From the NCBI GenBank assembly GCA_965261085.1, contig OZ253442.1, positions 1,312,001 to 1,376,000 of the forward strand: DNA of 64,000 nt. Direction: 5' to 3'. This document shows positions 46,502-57,131 of the stretch, piece after piece. Within the stretch, counting starts at the first letter, position 1, and every line of letters begins with the position of its first letter. A program made the translations under genes and the position numbers. Source of the DNA: a bacterium (GTDB lineage: Bacteria; UBA8248). The notes beneath the pieces were generated by a model. The model was not told the origin of the DNA, ran no database searches, and saw nothing but the letters and a program-made list of their open reading frames with translations.

Positions 46502-47722
46502 CTAGCCGTATTGCAGTATCATGCCCGTGATCCCGCATTCGATGCAGCCGGCCACCTCGATGCAGCGTGAATTCGCCGGCGGCATCACCACGCCGGTAAT
46601 GCCCTCCCTGTAGTATCGCTCGAACGGATAGCGTCGCGCGATGGAGCGGCCCCCCACGAGCCGCATCGCGTGCTGCACCACCTTGGCGCAGACCTCGCAT
46701 GAGATGTATTTGGACTGCATGACGGTTTTCACCGTGTTCTGGTTCGCCATGCCGTCTCCTTGTTCTTTCACGTGGCACGCCTCGTACAGGAGCATCCGCG
46801 CGGCTCTGATTTCGGAGCTCAACTCGCCGATGCTGGTCTGGTACATCTCGTTGTGGCTCAGCGGCTCGGGGTTGGGCGGGTACTGCGTTGTTTTCACATA
46901 CTCGACCAGGTGATTGTAGGCCCCTTCCGCGATGCCCAGATAAGCGGCGGCAAACCCGAGGTGGAACATGGTGATGTCGATTTTCCCCAGCGCGCCGATG
47001 AAGTTCTCACCCCCCAGGATGTCTTCATGCGGCACGAAGGTATCCTCGAAGATGATGTCGTCACTCGCCGTTCCCCGCATCGACATGGTGTCCCACACCA
47101 CTTTCACGGATGAGCCTCCGTAATCCTTGTGGAGCACGGCGGTCATGATGGCTTCCGCAGCGGTATTCTTCCCCTCGAGGAACCCGGTGGTGAAGTAATA
47201 ATCGGCATGTGCGCCTATCGAGGCGGAAATCTTCCTGCCGCTTAAGCGGTAGCCGCCCTCGACGGGAGAGAAGATGGTCTTGAGCGTCACCAGATGACGG
47301 AAGCTCATACCTCGTTCCGCCGTGACGGAGGAGAATAGCTTTCCGTTCTCGACGATGTCGGGTAGCACCCGTTTTTTCTGCTCCTCGTTCGCCAGGTCGA
47401 AGAAGAGGCTCACGCATGTCTGGTGCATATTCCAGGTGAGGGCGGTGGAGGCGCACGCCTTGCCCAGTTCTGCGAGCGCCATGTTGTAGGTGAGGGAATT
47501 CGCGCCCGAGCCTCCCCACTCTTCAGGGATGCACAGGGCGTTCAGGCCCGCGTCGGTGAGCAGTTTGTAGTTCTCGGTGGGGAAGCGGCCTTCGCGGTCG
47601 ATTTCAGCCGCCATCTCGGCCATCTGTGGCGTGAGGGCTTTGATTTTGTCGATGATCTGTTTGTCGTATTTCAGATCCATCAGCGTTTCGTATGACTCAC
47701 TCGCCGCGATTTTGGGACCCAT
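46502..47722 (-). CDS. Acyl-CoA dehydrogenase-fold flavoprotein (possibly monooxygenase-like)
   Basis: IDREGRFP, MHQ, WDTMSMRGTASDD, YLGIA, ERYYR; no C-terminal catalytic Glu. Confidence 0.8.
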   Translation of the reverse strand: MGPKIAASESYETLMDLKYDKQIIDKIKALTPQMAEMAAEIDREGRFPTENYKLLTDAGLNALCIPEEWGGSGANSLTYNMALAELGKACASTALTWNMHQTCVSLFFDLANEEQKKRVLPDIVENGKLFSSVTAERGMSFRHLVTLKTIFSPVEGGYRLSGRKISASIGAHADYYFTTGFLEGKNTAAEAIMTAVLHKDYGGSSVKVVWDTMSMRGTASDDIIFEDTFVPHEDILGGENFIGALGKIDITMFHLGFAAAYLGIAEGAYNHLVEYVKTTQYPPNPEPLSHNEMYQTSIGELSSEIRAARMLLYEACHVKEQGDGMANQNTVKTVMQSKYISCEVCAKVVQHAMRLVGGRSIARRYPFERYYREGITGVVMPPANSRCIEVAGCIECGITGMILQYG

Positions 47723-48098
47723 TTTTTTCCTCCTGTTCATCAAGGCGAAAAGCGCCTCGCCCTCGATCATCCAGACGGCTTCCTGCTAAAGGTCGAGCGA
47801 GAAGACATGCTCGACGCATCTCGTGTTCAACTCATTCCAATCTCCATTTTGGTTTTCTATTCTCGCATCGCTCCGCCGGCTCGATTTGCAAAGGCGGTCG
47901 CGCCACATGAGAAAAGGCGCAATTCCTCCGCCGGGGGATGATTGTCGATTCTATCAGACGCCCCCTTGAGTTTGACAGCGCTTCATGGAGGCATGTAATC
48001 TCCGCTGGGTTTTCCATACTTTAACCCATTGTGAAAATTCGTGCACCAGCCGCCCGGCGGTCCTGGTTTCGTTTCTCATGTTTTCTGGGAAGGTGTCC

Positions 48099-49100
48099 AT
48101 GGCTCCCCGCGTACTCGTCTCCACCACGCCATTCGGTGAGATAGACCCGAAGCCCATCGAAATGCTCGAAAGCGCAGGCGTGGAATACGTGCGCAACACT
48201 TTGGGCAAGCGTCCGAACGAGGATGAATTCGCCGAGATGATTTCCGGTGGCTTCGACGCCGTCATCGCGGGTCTCGAACCGTTCACCCCGAGAATATTGG
48301 ATTTGGCGAAGAGGCTGCGGTTCATATCGCGCGCCACGGTGGGTCTCGAGACGGTGGATTTGAACGCGGCGAGAGAGAGAAGCATTCTCGTTGCAAACAC
48401 CCCCGGAGCCAACTCGGAAGCCGTGGCGGAACTGACGCTGAGCCATCTGCTCTCACTCCTGCGCGGCGTGCATCACTCCCACAATGCGCTCTTGCGCGGG
48501 GAGTGGCTCCAGTATATGGGCCGCACGCTCGATGAGATTACGCTGGGCGTCATCGGCGTGGGGCGAATCGGTAAACGGGTGATACGCCACGTATCCGGTT
48601 TCGGGGCGAAGATCATCGCGAACGACCTGGCGCCCGATGCGGAATTTGGCGAGCGCTACGGCGTGGAATGGGCCGAAAAAGAAGAAATCTACCGCCGCGC
48701 CGACACCGTCTCCTTACACGTTCCCGCCACGCCGGCGACGATCCACATGATGGGTGAAGAGGAGATCGCGATGATGAAAAAAGGCGCGTTTCTCATCAAT
48801 ACGGCGCGCGGCGTCATCGTGGACGATGAGGCGCTGGCCCGCGCGTTGCGCTCGGGCCATCTGGGGGGCGCCGGGATCGACGTTTTCCCCGAAGAACCCT
48901 ACCGGGGAGCTCTCGCGGGAGCGCCCAACTGCATTCTCACCGCGCATCTAGGCGCGCGTGCGCGTTCCTCGCGCCTACAGATGGAACTGGACGCGACGGA
49001 GAACGTCTTGTGCTTTCTGGCGGGCAAGCCGATTCCGGGGCTCGTGCCGGATGAGGAATACGAGATGCAACGCATCATCACCGCCGACATGAACACGTAA
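48099..49100 (+). CDS. D-2-hydroxyacid/phosphoglycerate dehydrogenase family
   Basis: NTPGAN, GVGRIG, INTARG, DVFPEEP, TAHLG. Confidence 0.9.
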   Translation: MAPRVLVSTTPFGEIDPKPIEMLESAGVEYVRNTLGKRPNEDEFAEMISGGFDAVIAGLEPFTPRILDLAKRLRFISRATVGLETVDLNAARERSILVANTPGANSEAVAELTLSHLLSLLRGVHHSHNALLRGEWLQYMGRTLDEITLGVIGVGRIGKRVIRHVSGFGAKIIANDLAPDAEFGERYGVEWAEKEEIYRRADTVSLHVPATPATIHMMGEEEIAMMKKGAFLINTARGVIVDDEALARALRSGHLGGAGIDVFPEEPYRGALAGAPNCILTAHLGARARSSRLQMELDATENVLCFLAGKPIPGLVPDEEYEMQRIITADMNT

Positions 49101-49141
49101 ACCGGGGAGGGTGAGTTCCTCCCGATCAATGGAGTCATTCG

Positions 49142-49906
49142 ATGCCCAAGACACCTGATTATTTCGTGGACAAAACCATCATCGTCACCGGTGCTGCCAG
49201 CGGCATCGGCAAGGAGACCTCCCTCATATTCGGGCGTGAGGGAGCCAACGTCTTCTGCGCGGACCTGGACGAGGAAGGCGCCGCCGAGGTCGCCGAGCGC
49301 GTTACGGAGAACGGGGGCCGGGGCGTTCACATGAAGGTGGACGTCACCTCGCGCGAGGAGGCGTTCGCGATGACGAGGCGCGCCAAGGAGAGGTTCGGCC
49401 GGGTCGATTTTTCGCTCAATTCCGCAGGCGCTGCTCTTAGGCGTTCCGATTTTTTAGGAATAGAAGACGACCTGTGGGACCGGACGTTCGACTTGAACGT
49501 CAAGGGCGTTTTCTACTGCATGCAGGCCGCGATTCCCGAGATGCTCGAAAACGGCGGGGGCGTCATCGTCAACATCGGAAGCATGGCGCACAAGCGCGGG
49601 GGGCCGGGTCATTCGGTGCACTACGCGGCGGCCAAGGGAGCGGTGGTGACGATGAGCATGGGCGTGGGCCGCGAATATGCGGACAGGGGTATTCGGTGCA
49701 TGTCCATATCGCCGGGTCCCATCGACACGCCGTTTCACGACGTCTCCTCGGAGGCGCTTAAGGAGTCGATGCGGAGTCAGATACCGATGGGCCGCTTCGG
49801 CACGGCGGAGGAAATCGGAGAACTGGTGTTGTTCATGTGCTCGGATGCGTGTGCGTTCATGACGGCGGACACCGTGTACGTGAACGGCGGCGGGGGCTGG
49901 AAGTAG
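49142..49906 (+). CDS. SDR oxidoreductase
   Basis: TGAASGIG, YAAAK, VNGG. Confidence 0.9.
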   Translation: MPKTPDYFVDKTIIVTGAASGIGKETSLIFGREGANVFCADLDEEGAAEVAERVTENGGRGVHMKVDVTSREEAFAMTRRAKERFGRVDFSLNSAGAALRRSDFLGIEDDLWDRTFDLNVKGVFYCMQAAIPEMLENGGGVIVNIGSMAHKRGGPGHSVHYAAAKGAVVTMSMGVGREYADRGIRCMSISPGPIDTPFHDVSSEALKESMRSQIPMGRFGTAEEIGELVLFMCSDACAFMTADTVYVNGGGGWK

Positions 49907-49935
49907 CGCACGCCAACGAGGTCTTCTGGCTTCGT

Positions 49936-50160
49936 TCATCTTCTCGAAAAAAGATTCAGAAGCAGCGTCAGCACGATACTGATGACGATGCAGGTCACTA
50001 CAGGGAAAGAAAAACTCCAGTTCTTCCCGCGCAGGTGGATGTCGCCCGGCAGTTTCCCCAGAAACGGAATCTTGGGCGCCACGAGAAACACCACTCCCAA
50101 GACCATCAGGACAGCGCCGAGCAGAATCAGCGTTTTTCCAAAGCCGCCGAAAGGCTCCAT
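49936..50160 (-). CDS. DUF2905 small membrane protein
   Basis: GKLPGDI, FP..TCI.IS. Confidence 0.88.
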   Translation of the reverse strand: MEPFGGFGKTLILLGAVLMVLGVVFLVAPKIPFLGKLPGDIHLRGKNWSFSFPVVTCIVISIVLTLLLNLFSRR

Positions 50161-50175
50161 CTGCTTTATTCCCTT

Positions 50176-51240
50176 TTAAGCGGATGTATCGGTTTCCTCA
50201 TCTTTCACGCTGGCGTCCCAAAGCTCTCTCTGGACGCCTTTGGGTAGCGCGACGCCCAGATGCGCGTAGGTCGTCGAAGTCGCACGCCGCCCGCCGCGCG
50301 TTCTTTGCACGAAACCGGTACGCAGCAGGAAAGGCTCCACCATGTCCACGAGGGTGTCGGATTCCTCGTTCATGGTGGCGGCGATGGCCTCCACCCCCAC
50401 CGGACCGCCGCCGTATTGGTCGATTATCGTCCGGAGATATTTTCTGTCCAGCCCGTCCAGACCCAGCTCGTCCACACCCTCCATAGCGAGGGCCTCGCGC
50501 GTGGTGGAGAGGCCGATGGCGCCGTCGCCCCGCGCCTGGCTGAAATCGCGCGTCCAAAGCAGGAGCCGGTTCGCCGTCCGGGGCGTGCCCCGGCTTCTTC
50601 GGGCGAGTTCGCGCGCCGCCTCTTTTTCAATCGGCACGTCCAGGCGGGCCGCGCTTCGCAGGAGTATCTGCACGAGTTCTTCCTCGGAGTAGAAATCCAC
50701 GTGGTAGACGAGATAGAAGCGCTCTCTGAGAGCAGCGGTCAGGGCGCCGGGGCGCGTCGTGGCGCCCACGGCCGTGAATATCTTCAAGGGAAAATTGATG
50801 GTGCGGGCCATGGCTCCCCGGTCGACGACGAAATCCACGCGGTAGTCCTCCATCGCGGGGTAGAGGAATTCCTCCACGGCACTGGGCATCCGGTGAATCT
50901 CGTCGATGAACAGCACGTCGCCCTGTTGGAGGCCCGTGAGTATTCCCATGAGATCGGCCGGTCTCGAGAGGGAGGGGCCGGAGGATTTCACGAGGCGGGT
51001 CCCCATTTCTTCTGAGATGATGTGGGAGAGCGTGGTCTTCCCGAGACCCGGCGGCCCGTGGAACAGGATATGGCCCAGGGGTTCGTTTCTCCTCCGGGAG
51101 GCCTCGAGCGCAATCCGCAGCTTGGCCACGAGGTCGGTCTGGCCCACGTAGTCTTCGAGTATCGTGGGCCTGAGCGAGGTGAATGTTCTCTCCTCCGCCG
51201 GACTCGCCGCCTTCGCGCTCACGCGCCGCTCGATGACCAT
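50176..51240 (-). CDS. ruvB: Holliday junction branch migration helicase RuvB
   Basis: GPPGLGKTT, FIDEIHR, PAMED, GGPVG, EPFL. Confidence 0.97.
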   Translation of the reverse strand: MVIERRVSAKAASPAEERTFTSLRPTILEDYVGQTDLVAKLRIALEASRRRNEPLGHILFHGPPGLGKTTLSHIISEEMGTRLVKSSGPSLSRPADLMGILTGLQQGDVLFIDEIHRMPSAVEEFLYPAMEDYRVDFVVDRGAMARTINFPLKIFTAVGATTRPGALTAALRERFYLVYHVDFYSEEELVQILLRSAARLDVPIEKEAARELARRSRGTPRTANRLLLWTRDFSQARGDGAIGLSTTREALAMEGVDELGLDGLDRKYLRTIIDQYGGGPVGVEAIAATMNEESDTLVDMVEPFLLRTGFVQRTRGGRRATSTTYAHLGVALPKGVQRELWDASVKDEETDTSA

Positions 51241-51259
51241 GATTTCTCTCCCGTCCTCT

Positions 51260-51895
51260 CTATCGGCCCAGCCGGAACACTTCTTCCAGGATGGCCTCGG
51301 CCTCCGCGTCCGCCCCCAGCGAGGCGACGGCGCGCTCTATGAGATTCTCCGCCTCAGGCGTGCGGTAGCCCAACTGGCCCACCAGCACGGCCATGACGTC
51401 GCCGTGCAGGGGCGTTGCGTCTCGATGTTCGAGCGATGTGACCTCGATATCGCGCGCCAATTGAAGTTCTGCGATTTCTTCTCTGAGCGTTGAGATTACT
51501 AGTTCGGCCTTTTTCCTGCCGATGCCGGGCAGTTTGGTGAGCATGACGGTGTTCGCCGCCGCGATGGCTTCTGCGATCTGAAGGGGAGGGAGGCTCATCG
51601 CCCGCACCCCGCTTTTGGGGCTTATGCCGGGCACCTTGATGAAAGAGAGGAAAAACGCTCTTTCTTCCGCCGAGAGGAAACCCACCAAACGGGGCAAAAG
51701 CTGGCCCGTGGCCACGTTTCCCTCCAGGTAATGGTGTGTGTGGAGTTCCACTGCCTCGCGTGCGCCCATGAGGGCTTGAAGTTCATGCACCGCGTATCCA
51801 CCCACCTGTATCTCATACGCGATGCCGGCGGACGTCTTGAGGATGACGTGTTCGACCTGCACGTCGATGATCTCTCCTGAGATTTGGCGGATCAT
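51260..51895 (-). CDS. ruvA: Holliday junction branch migration protein RuvA
   Basis: MIRQISG start; HhH motifs VPGISPK and LPGIGRKKAE; lies between ruvC and ruvB. Confidence 0.93.
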   Translation of the reverse strand: MIRQISGEIIDVQVEHVILKTSAGIAYEIQVGGYAVHELQALMGAREAVELHTHHYLEGNVATGQLLPRLVGFLSAEERAFFLSFIKVPGISPKSGVRAMSLPPLQIAEAIAAANTVMLTKLPGIGRKKAELVISTLREEIAELQLARDIEVTSLEHRDATPLHGDVMAVLVGQLGYRTPEAENLIERAVASLGADAEAEAILEEVFRLGR

Positions 51896-52425
51896 GCGCT
51901 TCTCCCGACCGCCTGGGCGCGCCTCAGGTAGCTTCGGTCGATGTGGCAATACGCTGCGGCGATGGCGTCGGCCACGTCCGGGGGTTCGGGCAAATCGGCC
52001 AGTCCCATTCTTTGCTGGACCATGAGCTGCACCTGCGCCTTCGTGGCGCGTCCGGCGCCGACGAGCGACTTTTTGATCTCCGTGGCCGCATAGCTGACCA
52101 CTTCAACGCCCGCCTGAGACGCGGCGAGGAAGATCACACCCCGCGCGTGGCCCATGATGATGGAAGTGCGGGGGTGCTTGTAGTGGCTGTAGAGGTTTTC
52201 CACCGCCATGACGTGGGGTTCGTTCGTCTCTATGATGTAGGAGAGATCTTTGTGCAACTCGTAGAGACGCTTCTCGATGGGTTCGCTTGGGTCGTTTTTG
52301 AGCACGCCGCCATCCACCAGGCGCGGTTCGTGTTCGTTCCCATCGAGGCGCAAGACGGCATAGCCCGTCACGCCCAGACCGGGGTCGACGCCCAGAACGC
52401 GGAATGTGTTTTCAGGTTGCGGCAA
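51892..52425 (-). CDS. ruvC: Crossover junction endodeoxyribonuclease RuvC
   Basis: LGVDPG, AVE, GHARG, PPDVADA. Confidence 0.96.
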   Translation of the reverse strand: MPQPENTFRVLGVDPGLGVTGYAVLRLDGNEHEPRLVDGGVLKNDPSEPIEKRLYELHKDLSYIIETNEPHVMAVENLYSHYKHPRTSIIMGHARGVIFLAASQAGVEVVSYAATEIKKSLVGAGRATKAQVQLMVQQRMGLADLPEPPDVADAIAAAYCHIDRSYLRRAQAVGRSA

Positions 52426-52456
52426 AAGAAGACCCCACGGGCGGTGGGTTCAGCGT

Positions 52457-53206
52457 TTATGTGGATGCCTCCACCATCTGTTCTTCGGAAATGTCGAAAT
52501 TGGCATAGACGTTCTGCACGTCTTCGTTATCCTCGAGCGCTTCCATAAGGCGAAGCATCTGTTCCGCTTGCTTGCCTTCGAGCTTCACCGTTGATTTGGG
52601 CAGCATGGTGATTTCGGCGGATTCCGTCTGGATTTTGTTTTTCTCGAGCGCTTCGCGTACCGACTCGAACGCATCCGGCGAGGTATGGATTTCGAACAAG
52701 TCATCGGCGGGTTCCAGGTCCTCTGCCCCCGCTTCTAGTACCAGTTCCATGAGTGATTCCTCGTCGACGGCCTCTTGTGGAACCAGCAACAATCCCTTTT
52801 TTTCAAAATTCCACGCCACGGCGTTCGGCTCCGCCATGGAGCCGTTGTTCTTCGTTAATATATGGCGGACTTCCGCACCCGTGCGGTTGCGGTTGTCGGT
52901 GAGCACTGCGATGAGAATGGCCACGCCGTTGGGGCCGTAGCACTCATAGGCGTATTCCTCGTAATTCACTCCCTCTAGATCGCCAGTTCCCTTGGCGATG
53001 GCGCGCGCGATGTTGTCCTGGGGCATGTTGGCCCCTTTCGCCGTCTGTATCGCCGTGCGCAACCGGGGGTTGCCATCGGGGTCTCCCCCGCCGAGGCGGG
53101 CCGCGATGGTGATTTCCTTGATGAGCTTGGTGAAAATCTTACCACGCTTGGCGTCGAGCGCGCCTTTTTTCCGCTTGATGGTGCTCCACTTGGAATGACC
53201 GGACAT
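52457..53206 (-). CDS. yebC: YebC/PmpR family protein
   Basis: [29 protein letters not shown]. Confidence 0.96.
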   Translation of the reverse strand: MSGHSKWSTIKRKKGALDAKRGKIFTKLIKEITIAARLGGGDPDGNPRLRTAIQTAKGANMPQDNIARAIAKGTGDLEGVNYEEYAYECYGPNGVAILIAVLTDNRNRTGAEVRHILTKNNGSMAEPNAVAWNFEKKGLLLVPQEAVDEESLMELVLEAGAEDLEPADDLFEIHTSPDAFESVREALEKNKIQTESAEITMLPKSTVKLEGKQAEQMLRLMEALEDNEDVQNVYANFDISEEQMVEAST

Positions 53207-53449
53207 GATTCGGGTGCTCCTGTGATTCTCCTGCGGTGGTGCTTATTTTCCCTGCACCCAATAGAGGTTCGTATTCACAACGTGTTCTGACTATAATTTC
53301 TAGCATGGGGGGCGGTGGGAGTAAAGACTTGGCCTGTCAGGTCCGGTCTCGAAATGCCCCGCGTGGACACTCAAGGGCCAAGGTGATATTTTTCCGCCAG
53401 ACATTTCCGAGGAGGATCGGTTCTGGATTCTCAAAAAACAGTATCTTCG

Positions 53450-54412
53450 ATGAATCCCGTCGAGCGGGGAGCCCGCACGCTACGGATTGAGGCCGAGGCG
53501 CTCTCCGGACTCATCGAGCGACTGGATGAAGGGTTTATCAAGGCGGTCGATATCGTTTTGGGATGTAAGGGCAAGGTGGCGGTCACCGGTATGGGGAAGA
53601 GCGGGCTGATCGGGCAGAAGATTTCCGCCACCCTCGCGAGTACGGGCACGCCGTCTTATTTTCTCCACCCCGCCGAGGGCGTTCACGGCGATTTGGGCAT
53701 GGTGACGAAAGACGACGTCATCGTCGCGCTGTCTTATAGCGGTGAAACCGACGAGGTTGTGCGCATCCTGCCCGTCTTCGCCCGCATGGGTACGCCGCTC
53801 ATCGCCATCACCGGCAGCGAGAACTCAACGCTCTGGCGCGCGGCGCAGGCCGTGTTGAACATTCACGTGAAAGAAGAAGCCTGCCCGATTCAACTCGCCC
53901 CCACGGCGAGCAGCACCGCCTCCCTGGCCATGGGCGATGCGCTCGCGATGGCCGTTCTGGAAGCAAGGGGGTTTCAGCCGGAGGATTTCGCGCGTTTTCA
54001 CCCTGGAGGTTCGCTGGGGAAAAAGCTCATTCGCGTGAAAGAGCTGATGGCCGTGGACGATGATATCCCGCAGGTGGACGAAGCGGCTCCCCTGGCGCAG
54101 GTCGTGCGCGAGATGAGCGCCAAGAGGCTGGGTATGACGTGCGTGATGAGCGCGGAGAATGAACTGTGCGGCGTCATCACGGACGGGGACTTGAGGCGCG
54201 CGCTGGAGAATACCGAAGAATTGCCCAATCTCAAGGCCGAGGATTTGATGACGCTCGCTCCTAAGACGATAGATGAAGACGAGATGGCAGCCGCGGCGAT
54301 TCAGTTGATGGAGACGAGCACTATCACGTCCCTGGCGGTCACCGCAGGCGCGGATAAGCGCCTGGCGGGCGTGCTGCACCTACACCATCTGTTGCGCGCT
54401 GGCGTGGTGTAG
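53450..54412 (+). CDS. kdsD: Arabinose 5-phosphate isomerase (SIS plus two CBS domains)
   Basis: GMGKSG, HPAEGVHGDLG, EACP..LAPT, FHPGGSLG. Confidence 0.93.
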   Translation: MNPVERGARTLRIEAEALSGLIERLDEGFIKAVDIVLGCKGKVAVTGMGKSGLIGQKISATLASTGTPSYFLHPAEGVHGDLGMVTKDDVIVALSYSGETDEVVRILPVFARMGTPLIAITGSENSTLWRAAQAVLNIHVKEEACPIQLAPTASSTASLAMGDALAMAVLEARGFQPEDFARFHPGGSLGKKLIRVKELMAVDDDIPQVDEAAPLAQVVREMSAKRLGMTCVMSAENELCGVITDGDLRRALENTEELPNLKAEDLMTLAPKTIDEDEMAAAAIQLMETSTITSLAVTAGADKRLAGVLHLHHLLRAGVV

Positions 54413-54479
54413 AGGTTTCCCCGCTCTTAAGCGTTCTGCGGATTTCTCCCGGCTTCAAGAGAGCGTCTCTCCGGCGCCC

Positions 54480-55223
54480 TTATTCCCACCCCGAAGGCCC
54501 GAAAATCAGAAGAGAAAGTGCTGCGGCTATCATCAGCCCCAAACCAACCGTGAAGCCCAGAGCGGGGGGGATGCGTCCGCGCAGCAGCCTTCCCAGCAAA
54601 AATCCGGCGACCGCTGGCAGAATCGATAAGGCGGAGCGCGCCGATTCAAAAGCCCCCAGCGCGCCCGAGCCGCTCAGCAGGGCCACCTGAACGCTCGCGA
54701 ACACCAGCGCGCTCGTATAGGTGAGCCGCATCATCCGGGCGCGGCCCGCACCCGTGCTGTCGAGATACATGATGCTCACGGGGCCGCCCGAGTACGAAAA
54801 ACCGCTCAGACCGCCTGCGAAAAAACCCGCCAGATAGGTGAAGAAGGTCTCATCGCGCATGTCGAGTTGTACTCTCTGGCGCGAGATGCTGTAGGCGGCG
54901 AACAACAGGACGAGGACGCCCACCGACCACTTGAGGAACGTGGGGGGGCTTGAGATGAGCGTCAGCGCGCCCACGGCGGCGCCCGCCGCGCCCGCGCCCA
55001 GAAAAGGCATGAGGCGTCTGAGTGATGGAGCGGGAACACCGCCTCCGATAGCGCGAATCGCCACCAGGATGAGGTTTGGGAGCGAGAGGGTGAGCACGGA
55101 ATCACGCACCCCGATGAGAGCGCCCAGCGCCGGGGTCGCCAACAGGCCGAAGTCGATTCCCGCGGCTCCCTCCAGCAGTCCTGCGGCGAAAATGAGAAGC
55201 GTGATATCCCAGGATGGCCACAT
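54480..55223 (-). CDS. Sulfite exporter TauE/SafE family
   Basis: G..G.DFGL..TP N-terminal pattern, GGP, about 8 TM segments. Confidence 0.7.
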   Translation of the reverse strand: MWPSWDITLLIFAAGLLEGAAGIDFGLLATPALGALIGVRDSVLTLSLPNLILVAIRAIGGGVPAPSLRRLMPFLGAGAAGAAVGALTLISSPPTFLKWSVGVLVLLFAAYSISRQRVQLDMRDETFFTYLAGFFAGGLSGFSYSGGPVSIMYLDSTGAGRARMMRLTYTSALVFASVQVALLSGSGALGAFESARSALSILPAVAGFLLGRLLRGRIPPALGFTVGLGLMIAAALSLLIFGPSGWE

Positions 55224-55241
55224 CGGTTTAGGGATATCCGC

Positions 55242-56240
55242 TTAGAGGTTCAACAGGGACTGAATGTTCTTGTGTGAGACGTTCTCGTATTCTTCCTGGC
55301 TCAATCCCGATTGCCGGAGCGTTTCGACCGCCTCGGTGTCCGTCATGTCATAGGGCAGGTCCGTGCCCAGCACGACCCGCTCGCTCCCCATGGTGTCCAC
55401 CAGGAAGCGGACGACGGGCGGATGAAACACCAGCATGTCCAGATAGAAGTTCGAGCGAAGATATTCCAGCGGTGAGCGCAATATTTTTTCGCACTCGGGC
55501 CGCACCTTCCAGCCATGCCCGAAACGGCCGATGAGGTAGGGCGCGGTTCCCCCGCCGTGTAAGAAGATGAAGGTGAGGTCCGGCAGCCTGTCGAAAAGGC
55601 CGGAGAAAATCAGGCGGCCGATGCAGTTCGCGCTCTCCGTGGGGAACCCGACGAGGTTGAACAGGTGGTATTCCTTCATCTGGTCTTTGCCCGCCGGGTT
55701 GGCCGGATGAACGATAATGGGTACGTTCAGACCTGAGGCAGCCTCGTAGAGGGGGTAAAAACTCTCATCATCGAGATAGCGGTCGTTCACGTTCGTGCTC
55801 AGAAACCCGCCCTTGAGCCCCAGCTTGTTGACGGAACGATCGAGTTCCTTCACCGAGAGGTCGACGTTCTGCGCGGGCAGGGAGGCCAGGCCATGAAATT
55901 TGGTCGGATGTTTTTCGATGATACTGGCGTAGGCGTCGTTCGCCGCCTGGCAGAGTTCCACCGCCAGACCGTCATCGGCCCAGTAGACGCCCGGGTTCGA
56001 TGAGAAGGATAGAATATTCATGTCCAGCTTCATCTCGGCCATGGTCTGGAGGCGTAGTTCGACGTTGGTGAAAGGCTCGATGGGCGGGTGCATCATGCCC
56101 TTGATGTCCACGACGCGCTCGCCTTCCGCGTTCGTCATGAGCCTCACGCCATAGCGCGGACCCTCTTTTTCCAGGATTTCAAAGTATTCGTCCGGGTATA
56201 TGTGGCAATGGGCGTCGATGTGCATTCTGGTCATCTCCAT
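55242..56240 (-). CDS. Amidohydrolase_2 family (ACMSD-like decarboxylase)
   Basis: DAHCH, VHP, HGGG..P, GTDLPY. Confidence 0.88.
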   Translation of the reverse strand: MEMTRMHIDAHCHIYPDEYFEILEKEGPRYGVRLMTNAEGERVVDIKGMMHPPIEPFTNVELRLQTMAEMKLDMNILSFSSNPGVYWADDGLAVELCQAANDAYASIIEKHPTKFHGLASLPAQNVDLSVKELDRSVNKLGLKGGFLSTNVNDRYLDDESFYPLYEAASGLNVPIIVHPANPAGKDQMKEYHLFNLVGFPTESANCIGRLIFSGLFDRLPDLTFIFLHGGGTAPYLIGRFGHGWKVRPECEKILRSPLEYLRSNFYLDMLVFHPPVVRFLVDTMGSERVVLGTDLPYDMTDTEAVETLRQSGLSQEEYENVSHKNIQSLLNL

Positions 56241-56378
56241 AAGCGAAAGGGCCGACCCGGATTGTTAGCACCCGTGGACGAGGGGTGTCAATGATGGAGC
56301 GGCTCTCGCCATGAAGCAGAGAAGGGGTCTGAGCGGTGGATTCTCAATATTCAAGACGTCAGCTGAGACCGAAGAAAC

Positions 56379-57131
56379 TCAGGGCTTGACGGCCCGGATG
56401 GTCGCGCTCGCGAGTTCGGGGGCGACGTAGGGCTTTCGGTTGATGATTTCCACGTCGACGAAACCCGCCTCGCGCAGCGCGGCGATATACGCGTCGTCTC
56501 GGATGGCGCCTGCGATGCACGCGCACCAATCCGCGATGGAGGTGGCGTCTCCGGCGGGTTCGGACACCTGGATGACGTCTGAAACCACGAAACGCCCGCC
56601 CCCGCGCAGGACGCGGAAAGATTCGCGGAACACGGCCGCCTTGTCCGGCGAGAGATTGATGACGCAGTTGCTGATAACGATGTCGACCGCCTCGTCCTCA
56701 ATCGGCATGTTCTCCATCTCGCCCTTTCTGAACGAGACGTTGTGAACGCCCAGGCTTTGCCTGTTTTTCTCGGCCTTCTCCAGCATGGCGTCCGTCATGT
56801 CCAGGCCGATGACGCTCCCGTGAGGTCCCACCTCCTTCGCGGCGAGAAAACAGTCCAGCCCCGCGCCCGAGCCCAAATCCAGCACCGTCTCGCCCGGTTT
56901 GGGATGCGCGTCCGCAATGGGGTTCCCGCATCCCGCGTTTGCGCTCAAGACATCAGCCGGAAGCTGCTCCACGTCCTCTTTCGCATAGCCGATGGTTTTT
57001 ATGTTCGCAGCGCCCATGGGCATCTCGGCGCCCGCCTCCCCGCAGCAGGAGACCTCCCCGGCGGCTACTTTCGCATACAGCTCACGAACCGCGCTTTTTA
57101 TCTCTCCCTCATTGTCACAACATCCTGTCAT
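56379..57131 (-). CDS. arsM: Arsenite S-adenosylmethionine methyltransferase
   Basis: GCGNP, LDLGSGAG.D, ISNCVINL, WCACIAGA; N-terminal CC pairs. Confidence 0.88.
   Translation of the reverse strand: MTGCCDNEGEIKSAVRELYAKVAAGEVSCCGEAGAEMPMGAANIKTIGYAKEDVEQLPADVLSANAGCGNPIADAHPKPGETVLDLGSGAGLDCFLAAKEVGPHGSVIGLDMTDAMLEKAEKNRQSLGVHNVSFRKGEMENMPIEDEAVDIVISNCVINLSPDKAAVFRESFRVLRGGGRFVVSDVIQVSEPAGDATSIADWCACIAGAIRDDAYIAALREAGFVDVEIINRKPYVAPELASATIRAVKP

Noticed and set aside
56355-56381. Selenocysteine read-through of the arsM TGA stop
   Set aside because: The stop is at the normal domain end, the extension is short, and no convincing SECIS is visible
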